A DNA stretch of 64,000 nt from Candidatus Eiseniibacteriota bacterium (GCA_963776245.1 CAVZLN010000004.1:32001-96000), one strand, 5' to 3'; numbered from the stretch's first letter, positions 45,287 to 59,390 are shown. Numbers and translations are program-made. The notes: generated by a model not told the origin, from the letters alone.

Positions 45287-47110
45287 GCGATCCGCGTCTC
45301 CGGCACATCCGCAACTTCTGCATCATCGCGCACATCGACCACGGCAAGAGCACGCTGGCCGACCGGCTGCTCGAGCTCACGCACACGCTCACGCCGCAGC
45401 AGATGAAGGCGCAGGTGCTCGACGACATGGACCTCGAGCGCGAGAAGGGCATCACCATCAAGTCGCACGCGATCGCGATGGAGTACCGCGCGCGCGACGG
45501 CAAGACCTACGAGCTGAACCTGATCGACACGCCCGGGCCACGTGGACTTCACGTACGAGGTCTCGCGCAGCCTCGCGGCGTGCGAGGGCGCGATCCTGGT
45601 GGTGGACGCCTCGCAGGGGATCGAGGCGCAGACGCTGTCGAACTACTACCTCGCCCGCGACCAGGGGCTGCACCTGGTCGCGGCGCGATCAACAAGATCG
45701 ACCTGCCGGCCGCGCGGCCCGACGAGATCGCGCTCGAGATCGAGCACGTCACCGGCATCGCCGGCCGAGCACGTGTGCCGCATCAGCGCGAAGACCGGGC
45801 TCGGCGTCGAGGACCTGCTGGAGCAGCGTGATCGCCGACGTCCCGGCGCCCGACGGGAGACCCCGACGCGCCGCTGCGCGCGCTCATCTTCGACTCGAAG
45901 TTCGACCAGTACCGCGGCGTGGTCTGCCTGGTGCGCGTCGTGGACGGCGCGTGCGGGCCGGGGACCGCGATCCAGCTTCCTGTCGACCGGGAAGGAGTAC
46001 GAGGTCACCGAGGTCGGCACGCTGCGGCTCAAGCTCGAGCCACTCGACGCGCTGCACGCGGGCCAGGTGGGCTACATCGTCGCCGGCGTCAAGACGGTCG
46101 CCGACGCGCGCGTCGGCGACACGATGGTGCGCCGCGGACGTCGAGGCCTCGCGCCGCTGCCCGGCTTCCGCGACGATGAAGCCGATGGTGTTCTCGGGGC
46201 TCTACCCGATCGACGCCGAGCAGTACGAGTCGCTCAAGGAGGCGCTCGCCAAGCTCCAGCTCAACGACGCCTCGCTCATCTACGAGCCCGAGACCTCGGT
46301 GGCGCTCGGCTTCGGCTTCCGCGTGGGCTTCCTCGGCCTGCTCCACCTCGAGATCGTCCAGGAGCGGCTGCGGCGCGAGTTCCTGATCGACCTCATCGCC
46401 ACCACGCCCAGCGTGGAGTACCACGTGCTGCTCACGAACGGCGAGTTCCTGGTGGTCGACAACCCGAGCCAGATGCCGCCGGTCGCAGAACATCGCGAGC
46501 GTCGAGGAGCCGTACGTGCTCGCGCACGTCCTCACGCCCGACCGACTACCTCGGCAACATCATGAAGCTGTGCCAGGACCGCCGCGGCGTGTTCGTGGAG
46601 CATGGACCACCTCGAGGAGAAGCGCGTGCGGCTCGCCTACCGTCTGCCGCTCGCGGAGATCGTGCTCGACTTCTACGACCGGCTGAAGTCGATCTCGCGC
46701 GGCTACGCGTCGCTCGACTACGAGTTCGACGGGCTACCACGAGGCCGACGTGGTCAAGCTCGACATCCTGCTCAACGGGGACCCGGTGGACGCGCTCTCG
46801 GCGATCGTCCATCGCGACAAGGCGTACGATTGGGGCAGCGGGACATCTGCGCGAAGCTCAAGGAGCTGATCCCGCGGCAGATGTTCCAGGTCGCGATCCA
46901 GGCCGCCATCGGCGCGCAAGATCATCGCGCGCGAGACGCAGGGCGCGCTGCGCAAGAACGTGATCGCGAAGTGTTACGGCGGCGACATCACGCGCAAGCG
47001 CAAGCTCCTCGAGAAACAGAAGGAGGGCAAGCGTCGTATGAAGCAGATCGGAACGGTCGAGGTGCCGCAGGAGGCGTTCCTGGCGGTGCTCAAGGTCGAG
47101 CGATACGGGG
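45283..47110 (+). CDS. lepA: Elongation factor 4 (many frameshifts; stop codon not resolved)
   Basis: [55 protein letters not shown]. Confidence 0.96.
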
Positions 47111-47115
47111 AGTCC

Positions 47116-47729
47116 ATGTCCGAGAAGCGCTCACACGCTGAGGGAGTACGTCGAAGCCGCCCTGTGGGCCCTGGTGCTCACGCTCTTCCTGCGCGCGTTC
47201 GTCATCCAGGCGTTCCGCATCCCGTCGGAATCGATGATGAACACGCTGCTGGTCGGGCGACTTCCTGTTCGTGAACAAGTTCGAGTACGGGCCCAAGATC
47301 CCGTTCACGCACATCCGGCTGCCGGGCCTGCGCGAGCCGCGGCGCGGCGACGTCATCGTCTTCCAGTTCCCGGAGAACCCGAGCCAGGACTTCATCAAGC
47401 GCTGCATCGCGACCGGGGGCCAGATGATCGAGGTGAAGCAGAAGCAGGTGATCGTCGACGGCGTGCCGCTGGTCGAGCCGTACGTGGTGCACTCGTCGCC
47501 GGACACGCTGCCGTCCTCCATCGACATCCGCGACAACTTCGCGCCGTTCGCGGTGAACGCGGGCGAGTACTTCATGATGGGCGACAACCGCGACAACTCG
47601 AACGACAGCCGCTACTGGGGCCCGCTGAAGAAGGACCTCATCAAGGGCCGCGCGCTGTTCCTCTACTGGTCGTGGGACCGGGACCTGACGTGGCCACGAT
47701 GGAACCGCATCTTCCAGGTCATCCGCTGA
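47116..47729 (+). CDS. lepB: Signal peptidase I (frameshifted)
   Basis: [34 protein letters not shown]. Confidence 0.95.
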
Positions 47730-48996
47730 GTCCCGCCGCGCTCCCCGACGGACCGCGCGCCGAGGCGCGCGCGGCGGCCCGCTCGGGGCTCTACGTGCAC
47801 GTGCCGTTCTGCGCGGCCCGCTGCACGTACTGCGACTTCGCGTCGGGGGCGCTCTCGGCGCCCGCGGTCGAGCGCTGGCTGGCGGGGCTCGAGCGCGAGG
47901 CCGAGGCGCGCGCGCCCGCGGCCGAGGGCGCGACGTTCACCTCGCTGTTCTTCGGCGGCGGCACCCCCTCGGCCCTCTCCGCGCGGGACTTCGAGCGTGC
48001 CGCGCGAGCGCTCGCTTCGCGCTTCGCGATCGCGCCGGACGCCGAGGTGACGCTCGAGGCGAACCCCGAGATCGGTCCGCCCCGCACTGCTCGACGCGTG
48101 GGCGCGGGCGGGGGTGAACCGGCTTTCGATGGGCGCGCAGACCTTCCACACCGACGAGCTCGCGCGTGCTGGGACGCATCCACCCGCCCGAGCGCCCGGC
48201 CGAGGCCTTCGCGCTCGCGCGCGCCCACGGGTTCGAGCGGCTGTCGCTCGATCTGATGTTCGGCTTCCCCGGGCACACCGCGGCACGCTGGCGCACGACC
48301 CTGGCGCGCGCGCGCGAGCTCGGACCCGAACACCTGTCCGCCTATTGCTTCATCCCCGAGCCCGGCACCCCGCTCGGGGACGCCGTGCTCGCCGGCTCGC
48401 GCGAGCTGCCCTCGCCCGAAGCGCAGGCGGAGCTCTACTCGGAGTTCGTCACGACCGCCGCGGCGGCGGGGCTGGCCCGCTACGAGACCTCGAACGCCTC
48501 CCGCCCGGGAGCCGAGGCGCGTCACAACCTGACCTACTGGCTGCGCCGCCCGTACCTCGGGCTCGGCCCGTCGGCGCATGGCCTGTGGAGCGGGGAGCGC
48601 TACGGCAATCACGCCGCCCCCGCCGACTGGGCAGCGGCGCTCGAGGCGGGGGCGCGGTGCGAGACGGAACGCCAGCCGGAGACCGCGGAGTCGGTCGCCG
48701 ACGAGGTGCTCATGCTGGGCCTGCGGTTGTCCACCGGGCTGTGCCCGGCCGACCACGCGCCGGGCACGTGGCGGGTGGTCGAGGCGCGCCATGGCCGCGG
48801 GCTGGCGCAGGCGGTCGCGACCGGGCGGCTCGAGCGGCACGCGGAGGGTTGGCGCGTCCCGGCCGCGCTGCGCTTCGTCGCCGACGACACCATCGCCTGG
48901 ATCGCCGCCCGGGCCGACACGCGGGGGTTTGACAGTCCGAAGCGGCGCTCCGTACCTTCGCCCCCATGTCCCAGCCCGCCTTCCCCGGTCACCTGA
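47699..48996 (+). CDS. hemW: Radical SAM heme chaperone HemW (frameshifted; start uncertain)
   Basis: LYVHVPFCAARCTYCDF, GGGTPS, EANP, DLMFG.P, YETSN, HN..YW. Confidence 0.9.
48929..48958 (+). promoter_or_regulatory. Sigma70 promoter for a probably leaderless hrcA
   Basis: TTGACA-N18-TACCTT, 7 nt before ATG 48966; no SD. Confidence 0.7.
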
Positions 48997-50014
48997 ACCG
49001 CGAGGACCCCGACCTCAGCGAGCGCCAGCGTCGCGTGTTCGCCGAGCTGCTGCGCCTGCACGGCGCGAGCGCGCGCCCGGTCGGCTCGGAGTCGCTCGCG
49101 GGGCAGGTCACCATCCGCCTGTCGTCGGCCAGCGTGCGCGCCGCGCTCGCGGAGCTCGAGGACCTCGGACTGGTCGAGCGCTCGAGCGCCTCCTCGGGCC
49201 GCGTCCCCACGCCGCGGGGCTTCGAGTATTTCGTGCGGGCGCTGCTGGCGCCGACCACCCTGCCCGCGCCCGTGATGGACGAGGTCGACCGCCGGCTCTC
49301 GCGCTCCGCCGCGGATGTCGAGGCGCTGCTCGACGAGGCCTCGAGGCTGCTCTCGTCGCTCACCCGCCAGCTCGGGCTGGCGCTCGCCACCGCGCTCGAC
49401 GACGAGGTGGTGAGCACGCTCGACCTCGAGTCGATCGAGGCGCGCCGGGCGCTGCTGGTGCTCGAACTGGGCGCCGGGGCGATGCACACGCTGGTGCTCG
49501 AGCTGGACAGCCCGCTCGGCGCCCGAGGAGCTGGCCGAGGTGGCGCGCGTGCTGCGCGAGCGGTTGACGGGATGCCCGCTGCACGAGGTGCGCGAGCGTC
49601 TGGCCGCGGACCCCGAACTGGTGCGCGGCAGCGCGGTGCGCATTGTCGCGCGCGCCGCCGCCGAATCCTGGTCCCGGCGGGTCTCGACACCGCTCTACCG
49701 CACCGGGATCCCGCACATCGCGGGGCAGCCCGAGTTCGCCACGGCCGGGCGCCTCGGACCGATCCTGCAGGTGATCGAGAACGGCCCGCCGCTCGACCGC
49801 CTGATGGTCACCGGCGTCGAGGGGCAGGTCGCGGTGCGGGTCGGCGTCGACGAGGACCGCGCGCTGGCCGGCTGCAGCCTCGTGAGCTTCGCGTTGCCGG
49901 GCAGCATCCGCGGCGCGGTCGGCGTGCTCGGGACCCGTGCGCATGGACTACGCGCGCGTGTTCGCCGCGGTGGACGCGGTCGGCAGCCGCGTCGCCGACC
50001 TGCTGCAATCCTGA
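48966..50014 (+). CDS. hrcA: Heat-inducible repressor HrcA (frameshifted)
   Basis: LSERQ, PVGS, LSSASVR..LA.LE..G, SSGRVPT..G, QPEF, GVLG..RMDY. Confidence 0.92.
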
Positions 50015-50055
50015 CCGCGCCGGACCCCGACCCGCCCGTGAGCTCCCCCGACCGA

Positions 50056-50665
50056 ATGGATGGTATCGACGTGGAAGACGACGACGCGCTCCCCGTACCG
50101 ACGGCGCCCGAGAGCGCATCCGCGCCGGTCGGGCCCCCGACCGCCGCGGAACCGGACGCCGCTGCGGAGCCTCCGGCCGCGGCGGCCGCCGCCCCGGACG
50201 CGCCGGGCGCCGCGGGCGAGACCCGGCGGTGCTGCGCGACCGATGGCTGCGGGCCGAGGCCGACCTGCAGAACTACCGCCGCCGCGCGCAGCGCGAGCGT
50301 CGAGGAGACGCGCCGGCACGCCGAGGAGTCGGTGATGCTCGAGATCATCGCGGCGCTCGACGACCTCGAGCGCGCGCTCGACGCCGCGCCCGGGGAGGGG
50401 ACTTCGGCGGCCTGGGCCGAGGGCGTGAGGCTGGTGGCGCAGCACCTGCGCGACTCCCTGGCGCGCCGGGGCGTGACGGTGGTGGACCCCGCCGGCGAGT
50501 CGTTCGACCCGACCTTCCACGACGCGCTGCTCGAGCTGCCCGCGCCCGACGGGGTCGCGCCGGGCACCGTCGCTCCAGGTGGCGCTGAAGGGCTACCGTC
50601 GCGGCGAGCGCGCGCTGCGCGCGGCGCGCGTCGTGGTGGCGCGGGCCGCCGACGCGGAGGCGTGA
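50056..50665 (+). CDS. grpE: Nucleotide exchange factor GrpE (frameshifted)
   Basis: LRAEADLQNYRRR, LDDLERAL, FDPTFHDA, KGY....LRAARVVV. Confidence 0.92.
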
Positions 50666-50669
50666 GCGC

Positions 50670-51813
50670 ATGACCCAGCGTGACTACTACGAGGTGCTCG
50701 GGGATCGGCCGCGACGCCGGCGAGGACGACGTCAAGAAGGCCTACCGGAAGCTCGCCATGCAGCATCACCCGGACCGCAATCCCGGCGACAAGCAGGCCG
50801 AGCAGCGCTTCAAGGAGGCCACCGAGGCCTACGAGGTGCTGCGCGATCCGCAGAAGCGCGCGCGCTACGACCAGTTCGGCCACGCCGCCGGCGGCGGTGG
50901 CGGCGGTGCCGGGATTCGATGTTCAGCGGCTTCGACCTCGCGGACGCGCTGCGGGCGTTCATGCGCGACTTCGGCGGAGACGCGGGCGGTTTCGGCGACC
51001 TCTTCGGCGGCGGCCGCGGCGGAGCGCGCGGCCCGGTCCGCGGCGACGACCTGCAGGTGCGCCTGCGGCTCACGCTCGAGGAGATCGCCACCGGGGTCGA
51101 GAAGAAGATCCGCGTCAAGCACCTGCGCGCGTGCGCGACCTGCAAGGGCCGGGGCGGCGAGGGCGAGAGTGAGTGCACGCAATGCCGCGGTCGGGGCCAG
51201 GTGCGCCACGTCCAGCAGAGCATCTTCGGCCAGTTCGTGAACGTGTCCACCTGCCCGCGCTGCTAGGGTGAGGGGCGCATGGTGCGCGAGCGCTGCAAGA
51301 CGTGCGCGGGCGAGGGACGGATGTCCGAGAGCGAGACCATCTCGGTGAAGGTGCCGCCCGGGGTCACCAGCGGGAACTTCATCCCGCTGCGCGGGCTCGG
51401 GGACGCCGGGCCGCGGGGCGGCCCCGCGGGCGACCTCATCGTGCTCATCGAGGAGAAGCCGCACGCGATGTTCGAGCGCGATGGCGGCGACCTGCACCTC
51501 GAGCTGCCGGTCGCCTTCCCCACCCTCGCGCTCGGCGGGCCGTGTCGAGGTGCCCACGCTGTCGTCCGCCGCGACGCTCGACGTGCCGGCGGGCACGCCG
51601 AGCGGCACGGTGCTGCGCTTGCGCGGCCGCGGGATGCCCGGGTTGCGCGGCGGGCAGGGGGATCTGCTGGTGCAGGTCGTGGTGCACGTGCCGGGCCGGC
51701 TGAGCGGCGCCGAGAAGAAGCTGCTCGAGGAGCTGGGCCGGTCGGAGAACCTCCGTCCCACCAAGGGCGGGCGCTCTCCCCTGGACCGCGTCCGCGATGC
51801 CTTCTCGAGCTGA
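50670..51813 (+). CDS. dnaJ: Chaperone DnaJ (frameshifts and an internal TAG at 51264)
   Basis: [11 protein letters not shown], four CxxCxGxG repeats, GDL..., C-terminal domain. Confidence 0.95.
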
Positions 51814-52516
51814 CGCGGCGCCCTCGTTCCTGTACCTGCCGTCGCTGGGCGAGGCGGGGGCCGAGATCGCGCTGCCCGACGACGAGGCTCACTACGTGAC
51901 GCGGGTGTGCCGGGCACGCGCGGGGGAGCGGCTGCAGGCCACCGACGGGCGCGGTGCGCTCGCCGCGCTCACCCTGCTCGCGGTCCACGGCACGGTCACC
52001 GTGCGGGTCGAGTCGATCGATCGACGCTCGCCGCGGCGAAGCGCGCGGGTGCTGTGCGGGGTCCCGGAGGGCCAGCGCGCGGACTGGCTGGTGGAGAAGC
52101 TGGCGGAACTCGGGATCGAGCGCCTCGTGCTGGTGGACTGCGCGCGCGGGAGCTGGCCCGAGGCGGCGCCGCGGCTCGAGCGCCTGCGCCGGGTCGCGGT
52201 GGCGGCGCTCCGCCAGTCGCGACGCCGCTGGTTGATGGACACCGTGGCGCCGGTCCCGCTGGACGAGGCCATCGCCTCGGTCCCGCCCGAGGCCACCCGA
52301 TGGCTGGCGGCGGAGTCCGGAACCGTCCCCCCGCGGGCCGCATCCGAGGGGCTGGCGGTCGGAGCGATCGGCCCTGCCGCCGGTTTCGACCCCGCCGAAA
52401 CGGATGCGTTCGCGCTCGCGGGGTTCGCACCCATCGCCTTGGCGGACGGCCGGTTGCGGTGCGAGACGGCGGCCGTGGCGTGGGCCGGCTGGTGGGCAGC
52501 GGGAGGGGTGGGCTGA
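51797..52516 (+). CDS. rsmE: 16S rRNA m3U1498 methyltransferase
   Basis: H...V.R...GE, VEKLAELG, A..QSRR, IGP..GF, LRCETA. Confidence 0.85.
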   Translation: MPSRADAAPSFLYLPSLGEAGAEIALPDDEAHYVTRVCRARAGERLQATDGRGALAALTLLAVHGTVTVRVESIDRRSPRRSARVLCGVPEGQRADWLVEKLAELGIERLVLVDCARGSWPEAAPRLERLRRVAVAALRQSRRRWLMDTVAPVPLDEAIASVPPEATRWLAAESGTVPPRAASEGLAVGAIGPAAGFDPAETDAFALAGFAPIALADGRLRCETAAVAWAGWWAAGGVG

Positions 52517-52549
52517 CCACCTTCAGTGGACTTCCTGAGGCATCGAGCC

Positions 52550-52578
52550 TTGACGCATTCCCATCCCGGCCATACACT
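52550..52578 (+). promoter_or_regulatory. Sigma70 promoter of the rpsU operon
   Basis: TTGACG-N17-TACACT. Confidence 0.75.
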
Positions 52579-52678
52579 GCGATTGCCAACTTCGCGCCCA
52601 GCCACGCGCTAGGGCGTGCACGGGTATCACCAACCACTTCTTTTCGAAGATCTGGATCAGGCAGAGAGGGGTGATTCA

Positions 52679-52873
52679 TTGCCCGGTATCAGGGTGAAGG
52701 ATGGCGAGTCCTTCGAAAGCGCCCTGCGTCGCTTCAAGAAGAAGTGCGAGAAGGCTGGCATCATGGCCGACCTCCGCCGCCATCAGCATTTCGAGAAGCC
52801 GTCCGAGAGGCGGAAGCGCAAGCTCAACGCGGCCAAGCGCAAGAACATGGCGAAGCGACAGCAGGAGAACTGA
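52679..52873 (+). CDS. rpsU: 30S ribosomal protein S21
   Basis: TTG start after [27 protein letters not shown]. Confidence 0.96.
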   Translation: MPGIRVKDGESFESALRRFKKKCEKAGIMADLRRHQHFEKPSERRKRKLNAAKRKNMAKRQQEN

Positions 52874-53451
52874 CCGAACTGGACTCGCTGCGCGGTCTCA
52901 CCGGGCTGGACTGGATCCTCTCGCTCGCCGTCATCGTCTTCGCGGTGCGTGGCGCGGTTCGGGGCGCCGTCAGGCAGGTGTTCGGACTTCTCGGCGTGCT
53001 CGCAGGTCTCTGGGCCGCCGGATGGGTGTCACAGTGGGTCGGTGCGCATTGGCAACACGCCCGGCCCGCTGTGGTCTTTTGGGTCCTGAGCTGGCTCGTC
53101 GTGGGACTGTCGGCGCTCGCGTGCGCGAGCCTTTTCGAGTGGAGCGGCGGCCGGCTGGCCGGGGGCGGGAAGTCAAGACCCCACGGCCTGCTCGACCGGT
53201 TGGCGGGCATGGCGATCGGGGTGGCGCTGGGACTGGTCGTCGTCTCGCTCGCGGTGCTCACCCTTTCGTCCCTGTCGTGGCCGCGCGAGCCGCGGGCCTG
53301 GATGAGATCGAGCCGTGGCGCGCAGGCGCTGGTGCACGGCGGCGCGATCGTGAGCGGATGGGCAGCGCCGGTGCTGCCACGCGGACGCTGGCTGAGCGAG
53401 CGTTTCCTCGAGTCGGGGAGGCGCCGCCCGCGCCACGCGCACGCCTCGTGA
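52870..53451 (+). CDS. CvpA-family membrane protein (start uncertain)
   Basis: LDWI....RG..RG.V.Q, LDRLAG...G; usual position before mutS2. Confidence 0.75.
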   Translation: MTELDSLRGLTGLDWILSLAVIVFAVRGAVRGAVRQVFGLLGVLAGLWAAGWVSQWVGAHWQHARPAVVFWVLSWLVVGLSALACASLFEWSGGRLAGGGKSRPHGLLDRLAGMAIGVALGLVVVSLAVLTLSSLSWPREPRAWMRSSRGAQALVHGGAIVSGWAAPVLPRGRWLSERFLESGRRRPRHAHAS

Positions 53452-53485
53452 CGCGCGCCCCGGCGGGGGGCGGGTCGGGAGCGGC

Positions 53486-55837
53486 TTGGACGATCACTCA
53501 CTGACATTGCTGGAGTTCGACCGCGTGACCGCGGCCGTCGCCGCCCTGGCCGAGAGCGAGGGCGGGCGCGCAGCGCTGCTCGCCTGGCGTCCGCTCGCGG
53601 ACGCGTCGGAGCGCGCGGAGCAGTGCGCCCGCCTGCACGAGGCACTGCGGCGGCAGTCGGAGCCCGGCGCCTGGTGCGAGGTGGGCCGGGGGGCGATCGC
53701 GCCCCGGCTCGACCCGGAGCACGGCGTGCTGGCCGAGGGCGCCGCGCTGGTCGAGATCGCGAGCTGGCTCGAGGCCGCGCGCGAGGTGCGCGAGGCGTGG
53801 GCGAGCGATGACCTGCGGGCGCGCTTCCCGGCGCTCGCCGCGGTGGTCGATGCGCTGCCGGAGCTCGAGGCCCTGCGGGCCGAGCTGGCGCGCTCCCTCG
53901 ATCCGGACGGCCGCGTGAGCGACGCCGCGTCGCCGCGCCTCGCGCGCGCGCGGCGGGCGCTCGAGGACGGCGAGCGCGACCTCCAGCATCGCCTCGAGCG
54001 CTGGGCGCGCGCCTTCGGAGAGCAGACCTACGTCACGCGTCACGGCGAACGCTTCGTGGCGCTGGTGCCGGCGGCCGGCTTCCCGCGGCGCCGCGGTCTG
54101 GTGCATGACGTCTCGGGCAGCGGGCAGTCGCTGTTCGTGGAGCCGCTCGAGCTGTGCGAGGCCAACAACCACCTCATCGAGATGCGGGCCACCGCGGTCG
54201 ATGAGGAGCGCCGGGTGCTGCAGGCGCTCGCCGATGCGGTGCGCGCACGCGCCCCGGAGCTCGAGGCGCTCGAGCGCTCGCTGGTGGCCCTCGACACGCT
54301 GCGCGCGCGCGCGCGCTGGGCGGGCGAGGTGGGCGGGGTGGCCGTGCTGCCCGGGGGCCGGCGGCTGGCGCTGCGCGCGGCCCGGCACCCGCTGCTCGCC
54401 ATGGGCGCGCGGCGCGACGCGGTGGTGCCGCTCGATCTCGAGCTCGACGCCGGCTCCCGCCTGCTGCTGTTGAGCGGCCCGAACATGGGCGGCAAGACCG
54501 TGCTGCTCAAGACCGTCGGCCTGGCGGTGGCGCTCGCGCACGCGGCCTTGCCGGTGCCGGCGGGCGAGGGCAGCGCGGTGCCCGAGATCGACATCGTGCG
54601 AGTGGACCTCGGCGACGAGCAGTCGGTGGACCTTGGGCTCTCCACCTTCGCGGCCCACCTGCGCGCGCTGGCGGCGATGGCGGCGGACGCCGGCCCGCGG
54701 ACGCTGGTGCTGTGCGACGAGCTCGGCGCGGGCACCGATCCGGAGGCGGGCGCGGCGCTCGGCCGGGCGCTGGTCGAGCACTTCAGCGCGCGGGGCGCGT
54801 GGGGCGTGATGACGACCCACCTCGGCAGTCTGAAGCGGCTGGCGGGCGAGGTGGACGGCGTCGTGAACGGGTCGCTGGAGTTCGACGAGCAGAGGATGGT
54901 GTCGCGCTACCGGTTCGTGCCCGGGGTGCCCGGCGCCTCGTACGCGCTTTCGGTGGCCGAGGCGCTCGGCTTCCCGGGCGCGGTGCTCGAGCGCGCGCGT
55001 TCGATCACGCCCGAGGAGTCGCGGGCGCTCGAACGCCTGCTCGCCGACGTTGCGGCGGCGCGTCGGCGGGCCGACGAGGAAGCGGAGGCATTGCGCGCCG
55101 CGCGGGCCCTGGCGGACGCCGCCACGGCCGCGGCGCAGGCGGCCGCCGCCGAGACGCGCGACGCCCTCCGGAACCTGCGCCGCCGCCTCACGGCCGAGAG
55201 CGCCGCGGTGCTCGCGCAGGCGCGCGAGCTGTGGCAGACGGTGCAGCGCGAGGCGCGCCGCGCCGAGAAGACCCGCGCGGGCGCGGAGGACATCCGGCGC
55301 ACCCTCGAGTCCGTGGAGCAGGGCGTCGAGGCGCTCGACCGCGCGGTGGCCGCGGCCGCGCCGGCGGAGGAGCCGGCGGCGGCGGCGCATGTCGAACCGG
55401 GCCAGCGGGTGCGCGTCGCCGACCTCGGCATCGAGGCCGATGTGGTGAGCGGTCCGGACGCCGAGGGGCGCATCCTGCTCCGGCGGGGCGGCTGGACCAT
55501 CCACAGCCAGGTCGGTCAGGTGGTGCCGCTCGGCGCGTCGCCGGCGGTGCACGCGACCGTCCACGTGAGCGCGTGGTCGGCCCCCGATGACGCGGCGCCG
55601 CTCGAGGTGGACCTGCGCGGGATGGAAGCCGACGAGGCGCTGGGCGCGGTCGACGTCGGGCTCGACCGCGCGGTGATGGTCGGGCTCTCCGAGCTGCGCA
55701 TCATCCACGGCGTCGGGCGCGGCGTGCTGCGCGCGGCGGTCGAGCGGCACCTGCGCGCGCATCCGCAGGTGGCGTCCCAGCGTCTCGGCCAGGTGGGCGA
55801 GGGAGGGCGCGGCGTGACCGTCGCGCGGCTGCGATGA
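53486..55837 (+). CDS. mutS2: Endonuclease MutS2 with Smr domain
   Basis: LEF, ARHPLL, SGPNMGGKT, LSTF..H, DELGAGTDP, IIHG.G.G.LR. Confidence 0.93.
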   Translation: MDDHSLTLLEFDRVTAAVAALAESEGGRAALLAWRPLADASERAEQCARLHEALRRQSEPGAWCEVGRGAIAPRLDPEHGVLAEGAALVEIASWLEAAREVREAWASDDLRARFPALAAVVDALPELEALRAELARSLDPDGRVSDAASPRLARARRALEDGERDLQHRLERWARAFGEQTYVTRHGERFVALVPAAGFPRRRGLVHDVSGSGQSLFVEPLELCEANNHLIEMRATAVDEERRVLQALADAVRARAPELEALERSLVALDTLRARARWAGEVGGVAVLPGGRRLALRAARHPLLAMGARRDAVVPLDLELDAGSRLLLLSGPNMGGKTVLLKTVGLAVALAHAALPVPAGEGSAVPEIDIVRVDLGDEQSVDLGLSTFAAHLRALAAMAADAGPRTLVLCDELGAGTDPEAGAALGRALVEHFSARGAWGVMTTHLGSLKRLAGEVDGVVNGSLEFDEQRMVSRYRFVPGVPGASYALSVAEALGFPGAVLERARSITPEESRALERLLADVAAARRRADEEAEALRAARALADAATAAAQAAAAETRDALRNLRRRLTAESAAVLAQARELWQTVQREARRAEKTRAGAEDIRRTLESVEQGVEALDRAVAAAAPAEEPAAAAHVEPGQRVRVADLGIEADVVSGPDAEGRILLRRGGWTIHSQVGQVVPLGASPAVHATVHVSAWSAPDDAAPLEVDLRGMEADEALGAVDVGLDRAVMVGLSELRIIHGVGRGVLRAAVERHLRAHPQVASQRLGQVGEGGRGVTVARLR

Positions 55838-57587
55838 ACGGCGTGCTGCCGCGCGCCGGCGTGCCTCGTCACGAACCGGACGACTGGGTCGAGCGCGTGC
55901 GCTCGGCGAGCGACATCGTCGAGGTGGTGGGTGAGACCGTCCCGCTCAAGCGGGTGGGAAGGAACTGGACCGGGTTGTGCCCGTTCCACAAGGAGAAGAC
56001 GCCGTCGTTCTCGGTGAACGCCGAGCGCCAGTTCTACCACTGCTTCTCGTGCAAGGTCGGAGGCGACGTCTTCAAGTTCGTGCAGGAGACGCAGCACGTC
56101 GGCTTCCTCGAGGCGGTCGAGCTGCTGAGCCGCCGCGCGCAGATCCCGGTGCCCGAGCGGGGCGCGCCGGGGGAACGCGGGGCGCGGGCGCGGGTGCTCG
56201 AGGCGCTCGACCAGGCCGCGGCGGCGTACGAGCGCTGGCTGGCCGACCCGGGTGCCGGGGCGTCGGCGCGGGCGTATCTCGCGCGGCGCGGGCTCGCGCC
56301 CGAGACCATCCGGGAGTTCCGTCTCGGGGTCGCCCCGCCGGGGTGGGAGAACCTCGCGCAGCGTCTCGCGCGGTTCGGCGAGGGGACGCTGCTGGAGGCG
56401 GGGCTGGTGTCGCGCCGCGACCGCGGAGGGGTGTACGACCGCTTCCGGGACCGCCTGATGGTGCCGCTCGTGGCGCCCGGCGGGGCGGTGCTCGGATTCG
56501 GCGCGCGCGCGCTGGCGCCGGACGACGAGCCCAAGTACCTGAACTCGCCCGAGAGCGTGGTGTATCACAAGGGCTCGTTCCTGTTCGCGCTCGAGCAGGC
56601 GCGCCGCAAGGCCGAGGCGGGCGGCGAGATGATCGTGGTGGAAGGCTACTTCGATGCGATCGCGCTCCACCAGGCGGGGCTCGGGCACACGGTCGCGACC
56701 TCGGGCACCGCGTTCACGCCCGAGCAGGCGCGCCTGCTGCGCCGCCTGGTGTCGCGCGTCGCGGTGGCGTACGACGGCGACGCGGCGGGGCAGAACGCGA
56801 TGATGCGTTCGCTCGGCACGCTGCTGGCCGAGGGGCTCGACGTGGTGGTGGTGGACCTGCCGCAGGGCGACGACCCCGACACCCTCGTGAAGCGCGGCGG
56901 CGCCACGGCGTGGCACGATGCGCGGAGACGGGCGGCGGACCCGGTGGAGTTCGTGCAGCGTCACGTGCTCCCGGGCGCGGGCGCGGGCGATCCGCGCGAG
57001 CGCGCGCTCCAGGCGGTGGTGGCGCTCGGAGCCGGCATCCCGGATCCGGTGCGACTGCGCCTGCTGCTGGAGCGCGCCAGCGAGGTACTGGCGTTCCCCG
57101 AGGCCGTGCTCGCGCGCGCGGTCGCGCTGCGTCGGCGCGGCGCGGCCTCCCCGGCGCCGGTGCGCGCGGCGGTGCGCGAACAGCGGCAGGGTGACCGGCA
57201 TGCCGAGGCGCAGTTGCTGAGGGCGCTGCTGCTCGCGCCGCAGGCGCTCGCGGAGGCCCGCGACGCGCTCACGCCCGGGGACTTCCGTGACCCGGCCTGC
57301 GCGGCGCTGGCCGCCTGGCTGTGGGAGGGCCGCGGCGGCCTCCCGGACGACGACGACGCGGCGGTCCTGATGCGGGAACTGTCCGTGGTCGACGAGGTGA
57401 AGGACTGGTCGGCGGAGGCGGCGGGGGCGGTGCGCATCCTGCGGAGCCGGAGGCTCAAGGAGCGCATGCGGTCCCTCACCCAGACCCTGAAGCACGCCAC
57501 CGACGACGAGCAACGGGACATCCAGCGCGAGATCCACGAGATCGCGGAAGCGCTCATGAAGGCGAACACTCGAGAGGAGCGGATTTG

Positions 57588-57588
<1 letters not shown>
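55834..57588 (+). CDS. dnaG: DNA primase
   Basis: [41 protein letters not shown]. Confidence 0.96.

Positions 57589-59390
<1,802 letters not shown>

Noticed and set aside
46960..47274. LepA-LepB fusion
   Set aside because: lepB has its own GGAG and ATG at 47116; the missing lepA stop is probably a base error
51264..51266. In-frame TAG in dnaJ as pyrrolysine or stop-codon recoding
   Set aside because: It falls at a variable position of CxxCxGxG, one base from CAG, in an error-rich zone; TAG ends hutU, pilB, pilT and pilQ normally
39806..51813. Mass pseudogenisation or programmed frameshifting
   Set aside because: The affected genes are essential, motifs are intact across frames and no consistent slippery sites are seen; sequencing error is far more likely
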